A stretch of DNA of 64,000 nt, from the NCBI RefSeq assembly GCF_009914755.1, contig NC_060928.1, one strand, 5' to 3'. Shown here piece by piece: positions 24,158 to 37,845 of this stretch; position 1 is the first letter of the stretch, and each line of letters begins with the position of its first letter. Under the pieces are notes generated by a model. It did not search any database. It was not told where the DNA came from and saw only the letters and a program-made list of their open reading frames with translations. The stretch is from the human T2T-CHM13v2.0 reference genome, Homo sapiens. The translations under genes were made by a program, and so were the position numbers.

Positions 24158-25449
24158 TGCCACCCCAGCATCTGTCTTTTCACCCACGGAGGGCACAGAA
24201 CCACCAGCAAAGCCGGCGGCTGGACTGGCGCCCCTCAGAGACCTGCGGAAAGCCCCCTCCCTGAGTCGTCGCCACACCAGGCGACAGGCACCACCCCCTC
24301 TGATAAATCCAAGCCCGCCCAGGCCCACGGGGGGCCCACGGGACCCCCCGGGACTCCCCGGACATGGCCCTGCCCCTATGGGACACCAGGCCTGACTCAG
24401 GCAGGTTCTGCCCCCCAGACCCCACACACGGCCGCCCCACGTGCTGTCGCTCAGCCCGAGGCCTGACTTCTCTGGGCTGAGGCTGGTCGTCCTGGAGCCC
24501 TCCCAGTACCTCGGGCTGCAAGAGCTGCAGACCCGTTCAGACACTGCGTTGCGGGCTCCTTCCCCGCAGAGGCCGGGGCCTCCCTGACTTTGCTTCTTCA
24601 CTCCCACCTGTGCGGCCACCCAGTCCCTCTGTGGGAGCCCGGGTGCCAGGCCCTCCCAACACCACACCACCCTCCAGGCCCCCCTGCCCTCCGGCTGGAA
24701 ACTGCAGCTCTGTAAATGCCTCTCTAGGTAGCTGCTGGCGGTGGTGGGGGTGTCTCACTCTCTGTCTTTATAGCCGGCGGTAGCCACCGGGGTGGCTCTG
24801 TCAGAGTTCCGTACTCGGGAGCCCCTTTCCCTGAGTGCCCAGGGTGTCTCCTCTGCCCAGAGGGGCAGCAGCTCTCCCTGGTTCTCCCCAGGGCAGACGG
24901 GGTAGGGCGGGCTCAGGACCCAGTGCCCATGGTTCCTCACTCCTACCAGCAAGCAGCACCATCCCGCAGGCTTCTCCCACCTGATGGCTGTTCTCCCACC
25001 GGGTCTGGGCTCTGGAAGGAGCCAGATGCCCCCAGAAAGGTGGGTGGTGGAGACGGCACCAGATGTACCAGTTTTCTGCAGTTCCTTATAGGCGAAGGGA
25101 ACCGGGTGGAAACCAAGCTGGGAGAGGCTGAGGATGGCAGGGCTGGAAGGGCCATCAGCGTGACCCTCATTTTCAAGAAGGGGAAACTGAGGCCCAGGGA
25201 GGAGAGTAACTGAAGGTCACAGCACGGTCACAGCAGAGGTGGCCGAACCCAGCCCTCTGCGCGCCAGTGCTGTGCGGTCTCCACACCCTTACGGTTTCCT
25301 GGAATCAGGGATGTTAGTGTAAGTCTATAGGAATATAGGGGGGTGGGGGGGTCACCTTTTGCCTTGAAATGGGAAGTCAGTAGCCCCTTCCTCCTCCTCC
25401 CTCCTCCCCCTCCTCTCTGGCAGGGATCTCAGATGACCGTGGCCTCCCG

Positions 25450-25657
25450 CTCAGAGGGGGAGAACGCCAGAGCCCTGGCTGGTGATGTGCTGGCTGGGGG
25501 TGAATCCCAATGAGGGTCCCTCTCAGAGCGGGAGAACGCCAGAGCCCTGGATGGTGATGCGCTGGCTGGGGGTGAATCCCAATGAGGGTCCCTCTCAGAA
25601 AGGGAGAACGCCAGAGCCCTGGCTGGTGACATGCTGGCTGGGGGTGAATCCGAATGA
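25450..25657. repeat. 72-bp minisatellite, ~2.9 copies, in the SORCS2 3'UTR
   Basis: tcaga...gagaacgccagagccctgg...ggctgggggtgaatcccaatgagggtccc units start at 25451, 25523 and 25595. Confidence 0.92.
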
Positions 25658-26700
25658 CAGTGCAGACGTTCTCCCATCCACCATGTCTGAGCTTGGGGGA
25701 ATTGCCTCATTTCCCCTGGAAAAGAAACATGGTCCATTAGAGGGGAAAGCCCAGGGGTGAATCTTCACGCCCCAAACAGTGCCCGGTGGGGAGGAGGCAC
25801 CCGCTCCTTGTTGAGTAAAACCACCCATGGAGACTGGAACCTCATCTCCCTGGGTCGGGGGGTGTTCAAGGCCACAGGACAAGGGGAGCACCCTGGGCCA
25901 CACAGGCGTGGAGGTGTCCCCACCCCTTCCACCTGTCCCCCAGACCCAAAGGTCTCTCCCCACCCTACCTGCCCACCTGGGGCTCCTGTGCCCCCTCCCC
26001 ACTCCAGAGGCCACCCTACAAGTTGTCCTCAAGGTCATCCTGGAGATGGGATCCAGGACGTGGGGCCATGACTCTCTGGGACCTTGCCACAGCCCCCATT
26101 CCCCTGCTTGCAGTCTGCAAGGACACCTTTGCAGGGATTTTTGTCCTGCTGGCCACCCCACCCACACCTGTCCCTGGCCAGCAGGCCGCCTGCAAGCGTC
26201 AGGCACACAGGGACAGACATGGCGAGCACAGTGCAGGCCCGGGGCCCACGGGCAACATGGAACCCTGGGAACTGCCCTCCCCCTTAGCTCACAGTGCCTG
26301 CGGTAGCCACTCTAGGTCGTTGGCCTTCCTTGACCACTCCATTTAATTCTCTCTGCTGTTTGGGTTGGGTTTTTCCCCTTAGTTATCTGTGGGTTTCCTG
26401 TATTTTATGTTAATATTTCTATTAAGAACATGTTGGGCATGTGGACCCAAGCACCTGGGAAGGAGGTGGCATCTGAGACAGCCTGATACGTTACCGTCTG
26501 TGCACCCATGGAGATCCAGGCGTGGGCCCGTGGCTGTCCCTGGTTGTAAATTCGAGGGTCTGCATATCTGATGTTCAGGTAGACCTGGGCGCCTGGGAAC
26601 GAGGCCATCAGCTGCCATGCACATAACAAAGAGACAATGCATTCCTTCTTATTTTTCCTTTTTAAAAATCGATGAATCATTTGTGATGCTTTTAACAAAG

Positions 26701-26706
26701 ATTAAA
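26701..26706 (+). terminator. SORCS2: SORCS2 polyadenylation signal ATTAAA
   Basis: ATTAAA with U-rich upstream sequence and downstream ttttgccttattgtg. Confidence 0.7.
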
Positions 26707-27685
26707 TGAATTTGATCAGCTTTTGCCTTATTGTGAAGATACTTTCCTCATTTCCTGAAATGCATGTGGGTGCACACACAGGCCCCTAGGATCGTGGTCC
26801 CAGAGGTGAGGTGGCTGAGGACCTCGTGCGAGGGACAAGGACCAGGCCCTACACGTTGGGACGTTGAGGAAGGCTGCACATGGCAGTGGCCTTCAAAGTA
26901 ATGATCTCCCCGGTCGGCTCTCAAGCACTTTCACACATGTGGGCTCGTTCTGTCACTCAAGGCCAGCAGAAGGGGAACCAGAAGTGTCAGCCAATTTTCC
27001 AGAAGAGAAACAGAGACTCCCAGAGGCTGAGGGCCTGGAGGTGGTGCAGCACAGTCCCACATCTGATGGGGCTCCTTTATTTCTGAAAGGCCATTTGCTT
27101 TAGTCTTTGAGTTGACAGAAAGAGGCATGGACTTGTCTATCCCAATTGATGCTCCAGCCTCAAAAGCTGTGCATTCACTATAGCTAGCCACTGAGTGTCC
27201 ACACCTTCTCTGAAACTTCAACTCTAATAGCTGGAAAAGAACACTCTTTCTTCTCACTCTCACATGGTTAGAGAGAGAGAGAGAGAGAGAGGTGGATGAA
27301 CATACTTTACAGATGTGTTCACATTTGCTAAGTGGTCCCCAAGCCATTTCTGGAAAGAATGAGGTTGCAATTGCCTAGTGGCTGCTCAGGGGGAGAGAGC
27401 TGGCAAGGGGCTGACAGCAGACACCCTGGCATCCCAGTGAGCGTCTGCTGTGCCTGGAACTGTTGTCCCCAAATATGGTCAACTTGCGCGTGAAAGTATT
27501 TTAAGAGCTGTAATAAAACAAGGCATTCTTTTCACAGCATGGAGTGATGGCGATTCTGTTTTTGACTTGCACACAAGTCAGTGCAGGGTGGGGAGCAGGG
27601 AATTGCCCCCAGGTGTGACCGCTGAACCATGTCCAGTTGGCAGGGATAAAATAGACCCACTAAGGTTGGGTAGAGCGGCACCCCT

Positions 27686-27738
<53 letters not shown>
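27686..27738. repeat. (CG)n(CA)n alternating purine-pyrimidine microsatellite
   Basis: cacgcgcgcgcacacac... for ~53 bp. Confidence 0.95.
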
Positions 27739-27740
<2 letters not shown>

Positions 27741-28412
27741 CCTTCTCTGGGCCATGACATGTTCTTGTGGAGTAAAAACTGGATTTCAACATCAACTTCC
27801 TGCCAGATCTGATGCCTCTTTGAACTTGTGCCAGGCCCTGGGCTGGGCTCTGGGCCTGGGGCAGCGAATGAATGCGACCAGGCTCCGGCCCCTGGACCTT
27901 GAAGGAGACAGCCTGGGTGAGGTGGATGATGACTGCACAGCTCAACCAGGGAGCACCTGGCCCAGCTAAAAATCCCTAGTCCGAAGCCATGGTTGAGCTG
28001 GGTGCAGGCCGAGTGCAGGTGCTCATGAGAAGACGCAAAGGAGACGGATGTCCAGGGTTGGTGCAGTGCAGAGGCCAGCAAGGGGGGTGTGTTTGTGCTT
28101 GTGTGTGACCAGTGACAGAGAGAGAGAGTGTGAACACAGCAGTGTACTTCAGAGCCCTTTGCATGTGACCATTTTATTCCCTTTTGCTGACTGCCAGGAC
28201 TCAGGGAGGAAGTGAGAATCCCTCAGCCACCCTGTTTGACAGTTTCCATTCTCACTTCAGTGCACCAGGCTCTGTGAGTGTCTTCTCCCTGGGAAAAGCT
28301 AGTGAGTGTGGTGAAGGCTTCACGCTCCCACAGCATTCATCTGGAACCTTTTGCTGGAATGATCTCCCCAGCTGGCAGCAGGAGGCCATGTCTAGACAAC
28401 GGGAAGGCCCAC

Positions 28413-28582
28413 GATGGAGCTAACGGAGGCTTCACGTGTTCAGATGATGGAGCTAATGGAGGCATCACCTGTTCAGATGACGGAGCTAACGGAGACGTCA
28501 CCTGTTCAGCTGACAGAGCTAATGGAGGCGTTACCTGTTCGGATGACAGAGCTAACGGAGGCGTCACCTGTTCAGGTGACAG
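28413..28582. repeat. 33-bp minisatellite, ~5 copies
   Basis: gatggagctaacggaggcgtcacctgttcagat units; 11-aa periodicity in the overlapping ORFs. Confidence 0.92.
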
Positions 28583-30844
28583 CAGCAAAGCATGCCCATT
28601 GGCTCTGCGTTTGTAACCTGCCACAAGATGCTATTTGGCCTCTTCTCCAACCTGAGCTTCATGTAGACAGGGCAGGTACAAGCAGCCAGATCACAGATAA
28701 GGAGACCAAGACATCCCAGGCGGCTGGGAAGGGGGAAACAACTTTTAACTGAAATATGGGGCACTGTTTGAAAGCTCCAGCTAAACCCCAAATTCGAGGT
28801 AGCCTTGAATTTAGTGTCCAGAGTCATTTGGGAAACAACAAATCTCAAAGGAACAGAGAGAAACATGCAATGTCATGGACATGTTGCATTACAAGGACAA
28901 AACCCCTCACCTCAAAGATCCGACATGTTCATTCCTTTGGTTCAATGGGGGAAACAGAAATGGCCGATGATGGAATGTTCCAGTAGTCAATCACAGTGGC
29001 TGCTCCCGAGGCCTCTTTGCAGCAGGGGAATTGGCCACCAGGGCCGTGGGGTGGCTCTCAGAGAAGGGGCTGGGAAAGGAGCACTCTGTGTGCCCATTAG
29101 GCCCAGAGAAGGGCAGCCACCTCATTTCTCAGTCACACGTCCCCAGAGGCCCCTTCTGTGGCACACCCGTGATCTCTCCAGAGGACTCCCCAGCAGTTCC
29201 AGCCCCAGCATGCAGGGATATGCCCCCAGAAGGCACTGTGGGGACGCTGCTTCTGAGGCTGCTGTCAAGAATGTCACCTATTTCCATGGGGATTTGTGCA
29301 AAATCAGGGTTGGTGGCCAAGAGGAAGTGGCCCTTGGCATCCAGAGTCACTGGGCACTCCCAGCGGTGCCTGGGCTTTTCCCCCGTCCAACACACCCAAT
29401 GTCATCGAGCACCAACATAAGACAAGGCCGCTCCAGGATCAAGATGAGTCAAGACAAAAGTGAGACCACTGTGCAATCAGACCACACAGGAACATTGTCC
29501 AACCTCCCAGAAATGTGTAGACACCTCTCCCTGCCGAGACGGGTGAGGGCCGCGGTGTCACTGGCCGGGCTTCTGCCTCCCCTGAGTCACCCCTCCCTCT
29601 AGAGAAGATTGATTGAGATGCCAGATCCTAGCACGACCCCACCTCCTCACAGCCCCCAATCCAGAGCCAAGCCCAGCTTCCTTGAGTCCCCTGCCAAATC
29701 ACCTCTCACTGCCCACACCTGACAATCATCAGGCCCTTCTAACCCTGCTGAGACGCCCAGGTTCTCCTCGCTGCACTGAGTGGTAACCCAGCTTGCTCAG
29801 CTACAGGTGAGCTCCGGGGGGGGTCCCAGGCTGGGGGGCACTAACAGAGTCCTCTTTTAGTGGGGTGGGGTGGCACTGGGGAGGAACCAGTGTCTGCAGG
29901 TGGGCAGCACAGACCCTCTCAGCAGGAGTAGCCACATGGAAACCCACGCCAGCCCAAGCTCAGTTCTAACAAAAGCTGGGGAAAAGCTGGGGAGACGCAG
30001 CCATCCCTGCACACATGGGGCGGGTGGCGGTCTTTGACTTCCCCACCTGTCCCAGCCACACCCAGAGTCTTTAGGCAGGGAAACGTGGCATGAGTCTGGG
30101 ACTGCTGGAATGATTGCCAAGCACTGCCATTTCCAACGGGGCTCGGTGGCAGTGGCCCTTCACAGCGGTCCCCAGCCTCTGCTGGGCCTGGCATCATGTT
30201 CCAATCCACAGGGACGTCTCCTGCAGACTGCACAGCCTGGGGTCTTTTTGCAGTTGAGTGAGTTCAGACTTGCCAGTTCCAGGCTCTCAGTGGCACCAGC
30301 CCAGGCATTTAATAATGTGTGCCCAGAACCCACAGCCAATTCCATATCATTACAATTCGATTGTTAATCACAGGCAGCACCAGGCCCAGCGGACGGGCCT
30401 GCTGTGGTCCTTCTAGGGTTCTAGAATTCTTCCTGGCTCAGCGCTGGAAGAACAGTGCCAGTCGCGTCTTCTGCAGCTTGCATTGGCCCAAGTGTTCAGC
30501 GCTGTGTGTGATCCAACAAGCGCTCAGGCTTTGGAGGCACAGAGAGGCTGTGCCAGGCAGCAGAGTGTGGAGCCCAGTGGGATGGCAGTCCTTGTGACCC
30601 CCTCAATTAGTCTCTGTGGTGCACCCAGCCTAATGTCGGGCACTTTTCATGCCCCTCCTGCAACACGCTGGTGGCAACTCCCTGGAATAGATGCCTCCAT
30701 CCCTGTCTCATAGTCCAGGGAAGCAGGGCCCACAGAAACCAACAGCCAGGACCAAAGTGAGCACCGCAGAATACCCGGGCCCTCCCGTCACCACCGCGCC
30801 TCTGTGGGGGAGCTCAATGTGAGTCTCAGCAGGAAGATTGGCAA

Positions 30845-30902
30845 GGAACCACGGAAGGGGGCGAGGACCCACGGAAGGGGGCAGGGACCCACGGAAGGGG
30901 CA
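30845..30902. repeat. 20-bp tandem repeat x3
   Basis: Units like ggacccacggaagggggcag. Confidence 0.85.
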
Positions 30903-31777
30903 AAGTGGGCAGCCCGTCACAGACAAGGTCAGGCAATAGAGGGGCAGGACCTCACTGATCTTTTATAAAGTGTCACTTGTGCATCAAGAGAGGAAGCTGG
31001 GTGACCGGCAGGAGGCCAGTCTGAGCTGGTGTCCCGAGCGCTGTGGTCAGGGTGAGCGGGTGAGACGTGGAGCTGCCAGAACCCATGGGTAGCTGGAAAG
31101 AGGGAAGTTGAGGACACTGCCTGGACCAGGGCCTGAGAAACCAGGCGGTCAGAGGCCCCATGAACTGACACAGGCAAGAGCAGGGAAGGAAGGAGCAGGC
31201 CTGGGTGAGAAATTGAAACTTCTCTTTTGGAGTTGTTATGATGGGGGTGCCTGCCTGTCAGATGCCTACGTGGAGAAGCCTCCGGAGCCATTGGCTGTGT
31301 GAGTAGCCCTCAGTAAGGAGAGGTCTGAGCTGAGAAGGAGCGGCCACCCTGCAGAGAGGGCGCCCAGGGGAGAATGTGGCGTCCAGGGGGCAGTGAAGCC
31401 ACACTGCCGAGTGAGGGGTGCTCCAGGCTGCAGAGAAGCTGAGTGGATGATCCAGCCAGACGAGGCCTTCAGGGGGCGTGAGGACAGAGACGGCTCAGGG
31501 CGGGTGGAGGGAATCATGGAAGGCGAGGAAGAAGACAGCCAGCATGCATGCTAACACTATCTAGAAGTTTCTTATAACTCAGGAGCAGAGAATCGGGGCA
31601 GCAGCTGGGAGTCTGTGGCTGTGGATGGTTTTGGGAAGAGAGTGGTGTGTGGAGGGGACTGACCCAGCAGACATGGAGAGACAGGTGGTGCAGGAGGGTG
31701 TGGTCCTATCCCAGCGCGGGTCCTGGAGGGGCGAGTGGGACAGAGCCCGCAAACAAGCAGAGGGGCTGGCCAAGACA

Positions 31778-31900
31778 GAAGCAGGGGCTACATCCCTCGG
31801 AACAGGCCCAGGAAGGCAGAAGCAGGGGCTGCAGCCCTGGGAACCCACCCAGGAAGGTGGAAGCAGGGGCTGCATCCCTCGGAACAGGGGCCCAGGAAGC
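31778..31900. repeat. 41-bp tandem repeat x3
   Basis: gaagcaggggctgcatccctcggaacaggcccaggaaggca-like units at 31778, 31819 and 31860. Confidence 0.85.
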
Positions 31901-33138
31901 ACTGGGTCAGTGGCTTCTCTTCAGATGGCTCTGTGTTCTCAGGAAAGTGAGAAGCACCAGCGTTGCTGAAAGTGAGGCGGGAGAGGGCCGAGGAAACAGG
32001 AGGAGGTGTGAAATTGTCATTAGGAAAAGTGAGAAAATGGATAGACCAAGGGAGGCAATAAAATTGCCGGCAGGGTGAAGCCCCCACTGGAGATTTGGGT
32101 CACAGGGTTTAATTCAAAGCCTTCAGTGTGGCTCTGTTTCTCCCAGCCACAGTCCACCTCTCGGGTACAGGGGCAAGTAGGTGTCCTCAGGTCCCAAAAC
32201 TGCTGCAGCAGCTCCAGACTCAACATCTTCCTCTCGTAAAGTCTAGAGACACTGATCAGGTCACATGGCCATCCCAAAAAGAATCCCTGTGGCTCACTGT
32301 CTTACTCTAAAATCACATGCTCCCCCAACCCCCTAAGCCACAGGTAGGGTCTCACCCTGGCAACTGAGAAACAGGAAGACTGCTTCCACACATAGACTAG
32401 GAAGGCAAGACAGCCAGGGCACCAAGAGACAGACAGCTACCACGTGGCTCTGCACTTGGGACAAGGAACAACTACAAAATGCAGCCAGAAATAAATGCTC
32501 AGGTGGCATGGGTTTAAAATCAGACGGTGGGATTTTAAAATCAGTCGTCCCCAGACGACTCTGTCTCAATCCTGGAGGTCTCGGGTGGCATGGGTTTAAA
32601 ATCAGACGGTGGGATCGGGGACGACCCCTTCTTAATCCCAGAGGTAGATGCAGGGCAATGGCCTGCTGGATACAGAGGTTTGTCGGGGGGCCTTGCACGC
32701 CAGGCTGCCTCCAAGATGAATGCAGGAAAGAAGGGCTTGATCAGCTCTAAGAATGCAGCAGGCAGGAGACAGGACACAGCTCATGAACTGGAAAACACCT
32801 GGTCTGAAGGGAGCCCTCCTCATTCGGGGATAAGTAACTCAAACGAGAAACAACCACAGTACCGAGGGGCCGGAAAAACAACCCCACAGTCTAAGGCAGC
32901 TGGAAGTCTGCCCCGTGGATTCGGAGAAAAGGTATGCTGTATGGAAGAGTTTATTAAAGGCAGCCGGAGAGAATTTTGGAAATGATATGCATTTTGCCTT
33001 GATGTAAAATATAAGAAAATATGCCCTCTTTGAAACAAGATTGTACAAATCTGCAGGCTGAGTAGAAAGGAAAGTCTTTGAAGTAAGAGGAGCAAGGAAA
33101 GTGCTGATGTATGAGCAGAATTAAAATGTGCATGAAAA

Positions 33139-33478
<340 letters not shown>

Positions 33479-34129
33479 TCACCATCAAATAAGACTGATG
33501 AAATGTCTCTAAGAAGAGCAGAGGAGTGAGGAACAGAGAAAGTAAAAGATACATAAAAGACTGCATAAGCTCAGCAGTGAAAACCAGGCATTCCTGGGGA
33601 ATAAGTCAACACAAACTGAGCTGAAAAATACCTGCTTGCAGATCAAAGAGGCTTACACGGTAATAGGCGAAAGTCCATCCTATAAACATTCTGGCATTTG
33701 AAAGATAAAGATTAAAAAATCTACAGGCTTCTCAGCAGAATAAACAGAATGCTTACGAGGGAATAGAAGGTAGGGCTGAGGGTCCTCCACGGTTCTGAAT
33801 TGCCAGAAGACAACTGTAGAGGGATATGGAGAGGAAAAGTCTGTGGCTCAGTTTCAGTCTCTGTTACTCACTTGTAAAGCAAACAGAAGGATTTGTAGGT
33901 ATTTGAAAATGTGTGATTCATGCACCTTTCAAGAAAGAAAAAAAATCCTCAAAGATATCCCCTTATCCATCAAGCGGCGATTCAAATGCAAGCACTTCAG
34001 TAATGGGGCATTTGGAGGGTATGAAAGGATTGTAGTAGCATCAACACTGCTAAACAGTGTTCACCTAAATAAATGTGGAAGTAAAATAGAGTAAAAGTTA
34101 AAAATCCCTGTGCACGGCTCTGAAAACCA

Positions 34130-36620
34130 AAGAGAGGTTTGGTATTTGTTTTGAGACAACTGCAAGATGAGATTTGGGTAATTACATCGATTCCACATGG
34201 CTTCTGACCAGAAATCCCCAAAGGATGACTGCAGGGTTGCTGGTCATTTATTTATTTCTCACCGCATAAGCTGTGGTGTCTGTTGTCAACTCAGCATTAC
34301 TTATGTCTCCTCTGAAGTTCTCTTAATGGAAAGGAGACCCCGAAAATTTTATTTCCCAGAACCGACTTCCCCGTGTTTCAGGAGTAAAATCAACCAAATA
34401 AGAGGCACCGATGTGGATGCCAACAGCAGACAGGAAGGAGAGGCCGCTGTTCACAGAGGCAGTTCAGTTAGGCATGTGGGCAGGAGCAAGGGTGGACGCA
34501 GCTCCCAGGAGAGCCCTTGTGAGCCATTTACTTTGCAGTTACAAACTGAACTGGCTCCTGGAAATTTCCAAGCAGTTCTTGAGATTTGCAGCCCCTTCTG
34601 GCAAAGTTGTTGGGAGCCACCCCCATGAGTGAACAGGATTTTCATGGCAGCTCTCCAGCCCTTCACTTCACCAGCCCTTGCAATGGTGCATAAGCCTTGA
34701 ATTCCCTTTATTAAGTCTTTCCTAGTTGGAATAACCACAGCAGCTTCTAGATTCCTGACCAAAGCTGACTGACCTAGTATTTGGGATTTAGCACATTTGT
34801 CTCTTACCAAGGCTTCTAGAGAATCTGCAATTTTCTCCTCACCAGGCCCAATTGATGTCATATCATGGAGGTAGTGGGTCAGCATCATGTTCTGTGTAAC
34901 AGTGAGACAAGCATCCCTGGAGACTGAAAGAGCTGGAGCAATGACATTGACCTGAGGAGGAGCTGTAAAGGTGCACTGCTATTCCTGCCAGGTGAAAGCA
35001 ACTTGCTTATGGTGTCCTTACTAATAGGTAGAGAATCATACTTCATTACCACCAAACACCTTAAAAGGTGTTCACCAGATGATCTGCACACCAGGCACTA
35101 GGAACTGTGTTTATTTCAGTGAAATTGAATCTGAAACTGAAGCTGCCATTGTAATCACCACCTTCAAAATTCACAAGCTCAATCTTTTACCTAGGGAAAA
35201 CAGAAGTGTTTATGGAGATGCAATAGAAACCACCACCTGTATTAGGCCGTTCTCACATTACTATAAAGAAATACCTGAGACTGTGTAACTTATAAGAAAG
35301 AGGTTTAATGGGCTCACGGTTCTGCAGGCTATACAGAAAGCATGGTGGCCTCTGCTTCTGGGGAGGGCTCAGGAAGCTTCTAATCATGGCAGAAGCTAAC
35401 GGGGAGCAGGCACGTCACATGGAGAAAAAAAAGAGCAAGAGAGAGGGGGTGGGGAGGTGCTGCACACTTTTAATCAGATTTCACAAGAACTCACTCATTA
35501 TCACAAGGATGTACCAAATGATCCAGTCACCTCCCACCAGGCCCCACTTCCAACATGGGAGATTACAACTGAACATGAGATTTGGGTGGGGCCACAGATC
35601 CAAACCAGATCACCACCCCTGCATCCTTCAGGCCTTGCTTGGATCATGGCACTAATCTCTGCAGTTCTCCTGATCATGCCATATTGCTTTTGTTTACTGT
35701 TTTAGTAGGTAGAAGACTTTGCAGGGGCCTTCCGCTTGGCCCTTTCTACCATGATGAGCCGTTGGGTCTGGAAATCATGCAGGGATTCTGCCTGTTACCA
35801 TGTGTGTGTCCCACCTACACATTCAGGCAGGAGGGAATGATCACAAGGTGGTTCAGTAACATGCCAGGCCCACTGTAACTCGAACAGGGGCCAAAACCCC
35901 ATCAATATCCTGACCACCACAAACCCTTGCTATGATTGGTGAGCCACATGGTCTGGTTGCCCAAGGAATTTGCTCGAGGTCAGAGACAGCGTCCATTCAC
36001 TCCCCCAAAACTGTGAGGAGTCTTCCTTGGTGCACATCACTCCAGTAAGTGTCTTTGGGGAAGGTTAGGAGGAAATCTTTGTTATAAATTCATGCCAGGA
36101 CCATGCCTAAGGGGCTATAACATCCCCCCGTATTCAAGGGCCTTCGGGTCTGCCACCTGGCTCAGGTCTGGGGATGGATTGATAAGGGCCCTAAGTTTCT
36201 CGGTGACTCAAGCAGGGTCTCTAATTCCCAGAGCCAGATAGGGCATCTTTGTTTCTCTGTTTGCTTTGTGCAGATCAAGGGAAGACCTTAGTGGCCTGTG
36301 TGGGGACCTCAATCCCAGAGACACCCTGATCCCTTCATCACCACTGACACTCTGTGGGTTCAACCATGATGATTATGGCTGAGCTCTTGTTTCCCATCCC
36401 AATACACAAGCCCACTTTGTCTCTGGAAATTAAGAGCTGCCATTATACCTATGGAATGCGAGAACCCAGTTTCAGTGGGGATGGCTCCTGTTCTCAGCTC
36501 TGAGTTGAAAAAGCAGTCATCATAGAGCTTTTCAAGAAAGATCTTGGAACCAGTGGACGCCTCCCAACACCTTAGCCAATGGAGTGTCCTCTGGGCCCTG
36601 CAAGTGCATGATGACACAGA
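34130..36620 (-). mobile_element. Degenerate ERV-L internal (gag/pol) remnant, interrupted by an MST LTR
   Basis: Minus-strand LTHYLHDMTSIGPGEEKIADSLEALVR resembles ERV-L RT (LVHYIDDIMLIG..EQEVA.TL..LVR); GIMAALNFQRQSG resembles the ERV-L gag C-terminus; boundaries approximate. Confidence 0.6.
35238..35612 (-). mobile_element. MSTA/MSTB solo LTR
   Basis: TG...CA ends, typical MST body (ataaagaaatacctgagactg...catgagatttgggtgggg), 5-bp TSD CCACC at 35233-35237 and 35613-35617. Confidence 0.9.
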
Positions 36621-37050
36621 GGGTGAGGCTGCAGCACATGACCACCAGACCCACGTGACACGCCCATCCCCCCCATGCCTGACGGTTTCCTCCCCATGTG
36701 CCCATGGGAGGCCTGCTTCACTTTGCAATCCGCCACAGCCAGAAGCCCAAGTCCTCTATATCCTCTCCATGACTTATAATTACATGTTTATTAGCAAGGC
36801 CACTGGCTTCACATCCAACTCCATCCCCAGCTGGCTTTCCCCAGCTACCCCGGCCAGGCAGGGATGACTGCTCTGTTTCCCATGGTGTCTCCAGCACCTC
36901 AGTCTTGGTAGGTGTTCAATGAATATTTCCCGGATTAATAAGTGAATGATTAGTCAAAGAAAATGGGACAGTCTCTAAAGCTGAAAAGATAACCCACAGA
37001 GAAAGGATTTCTGCTCGATTAAAGTCTTACGGGTGTCGTGGGATAAGTCA

Positions 37051-37419
<369 letters not shown>

Positions 37420-37725
37420 TCATGGAAAGCACCTGGAACAAAGCCTGGCACAGAGCGGACGCCGTGAGAGGATCCGCCGCTGCTGCTGCGGTTAAATGAG
37501 TGTTTCTGAAAAGCTTCCTGGGCCAAGCCAGTGCTAGACAGCAACAAGGCAGAAACAGGCAGCCAGCGCCTGCCCCCAAAGAGTTCCCAGTCTCTGGGAA
37601 TGTGAAACAGGCTTAAAACCAGGGGTAATATCATAGGAAAAGTGCAAGGAAAGGATTCTCCTGATGGATTCATCCAGAGCGATGGGACCTGAAAGCATTG
37701 TGCATATTGATTGCAGAAGAAGCAG

Positions 37726-37845
37726 ACCTGTGCAGGGAGAGAAGCATCAGAACACGCACCTGTGCAGGGAGATAAGCATCAGAACACGCACCTGTGCAGG
37801 AAGACAGAGGCATTGGGACACACACCTGTGCAGGGAGAGAGGCAT
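37726..37845. repeat. ~32-bp tandem repeat x4
   Basis: acctgtgcagg at 37726, 37758, 37790 and 37824. Confidence 0.85.

Larger units (their letters stand above)
24158..26725 (+). other. SORCS2: SORCS2 3'UTR (~2.6 kb)
   Basis: Runs from the stop to the ATTAAA at 26701 in a U/A-rich context; the 3' end is approximate. Confidence 0.75.
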
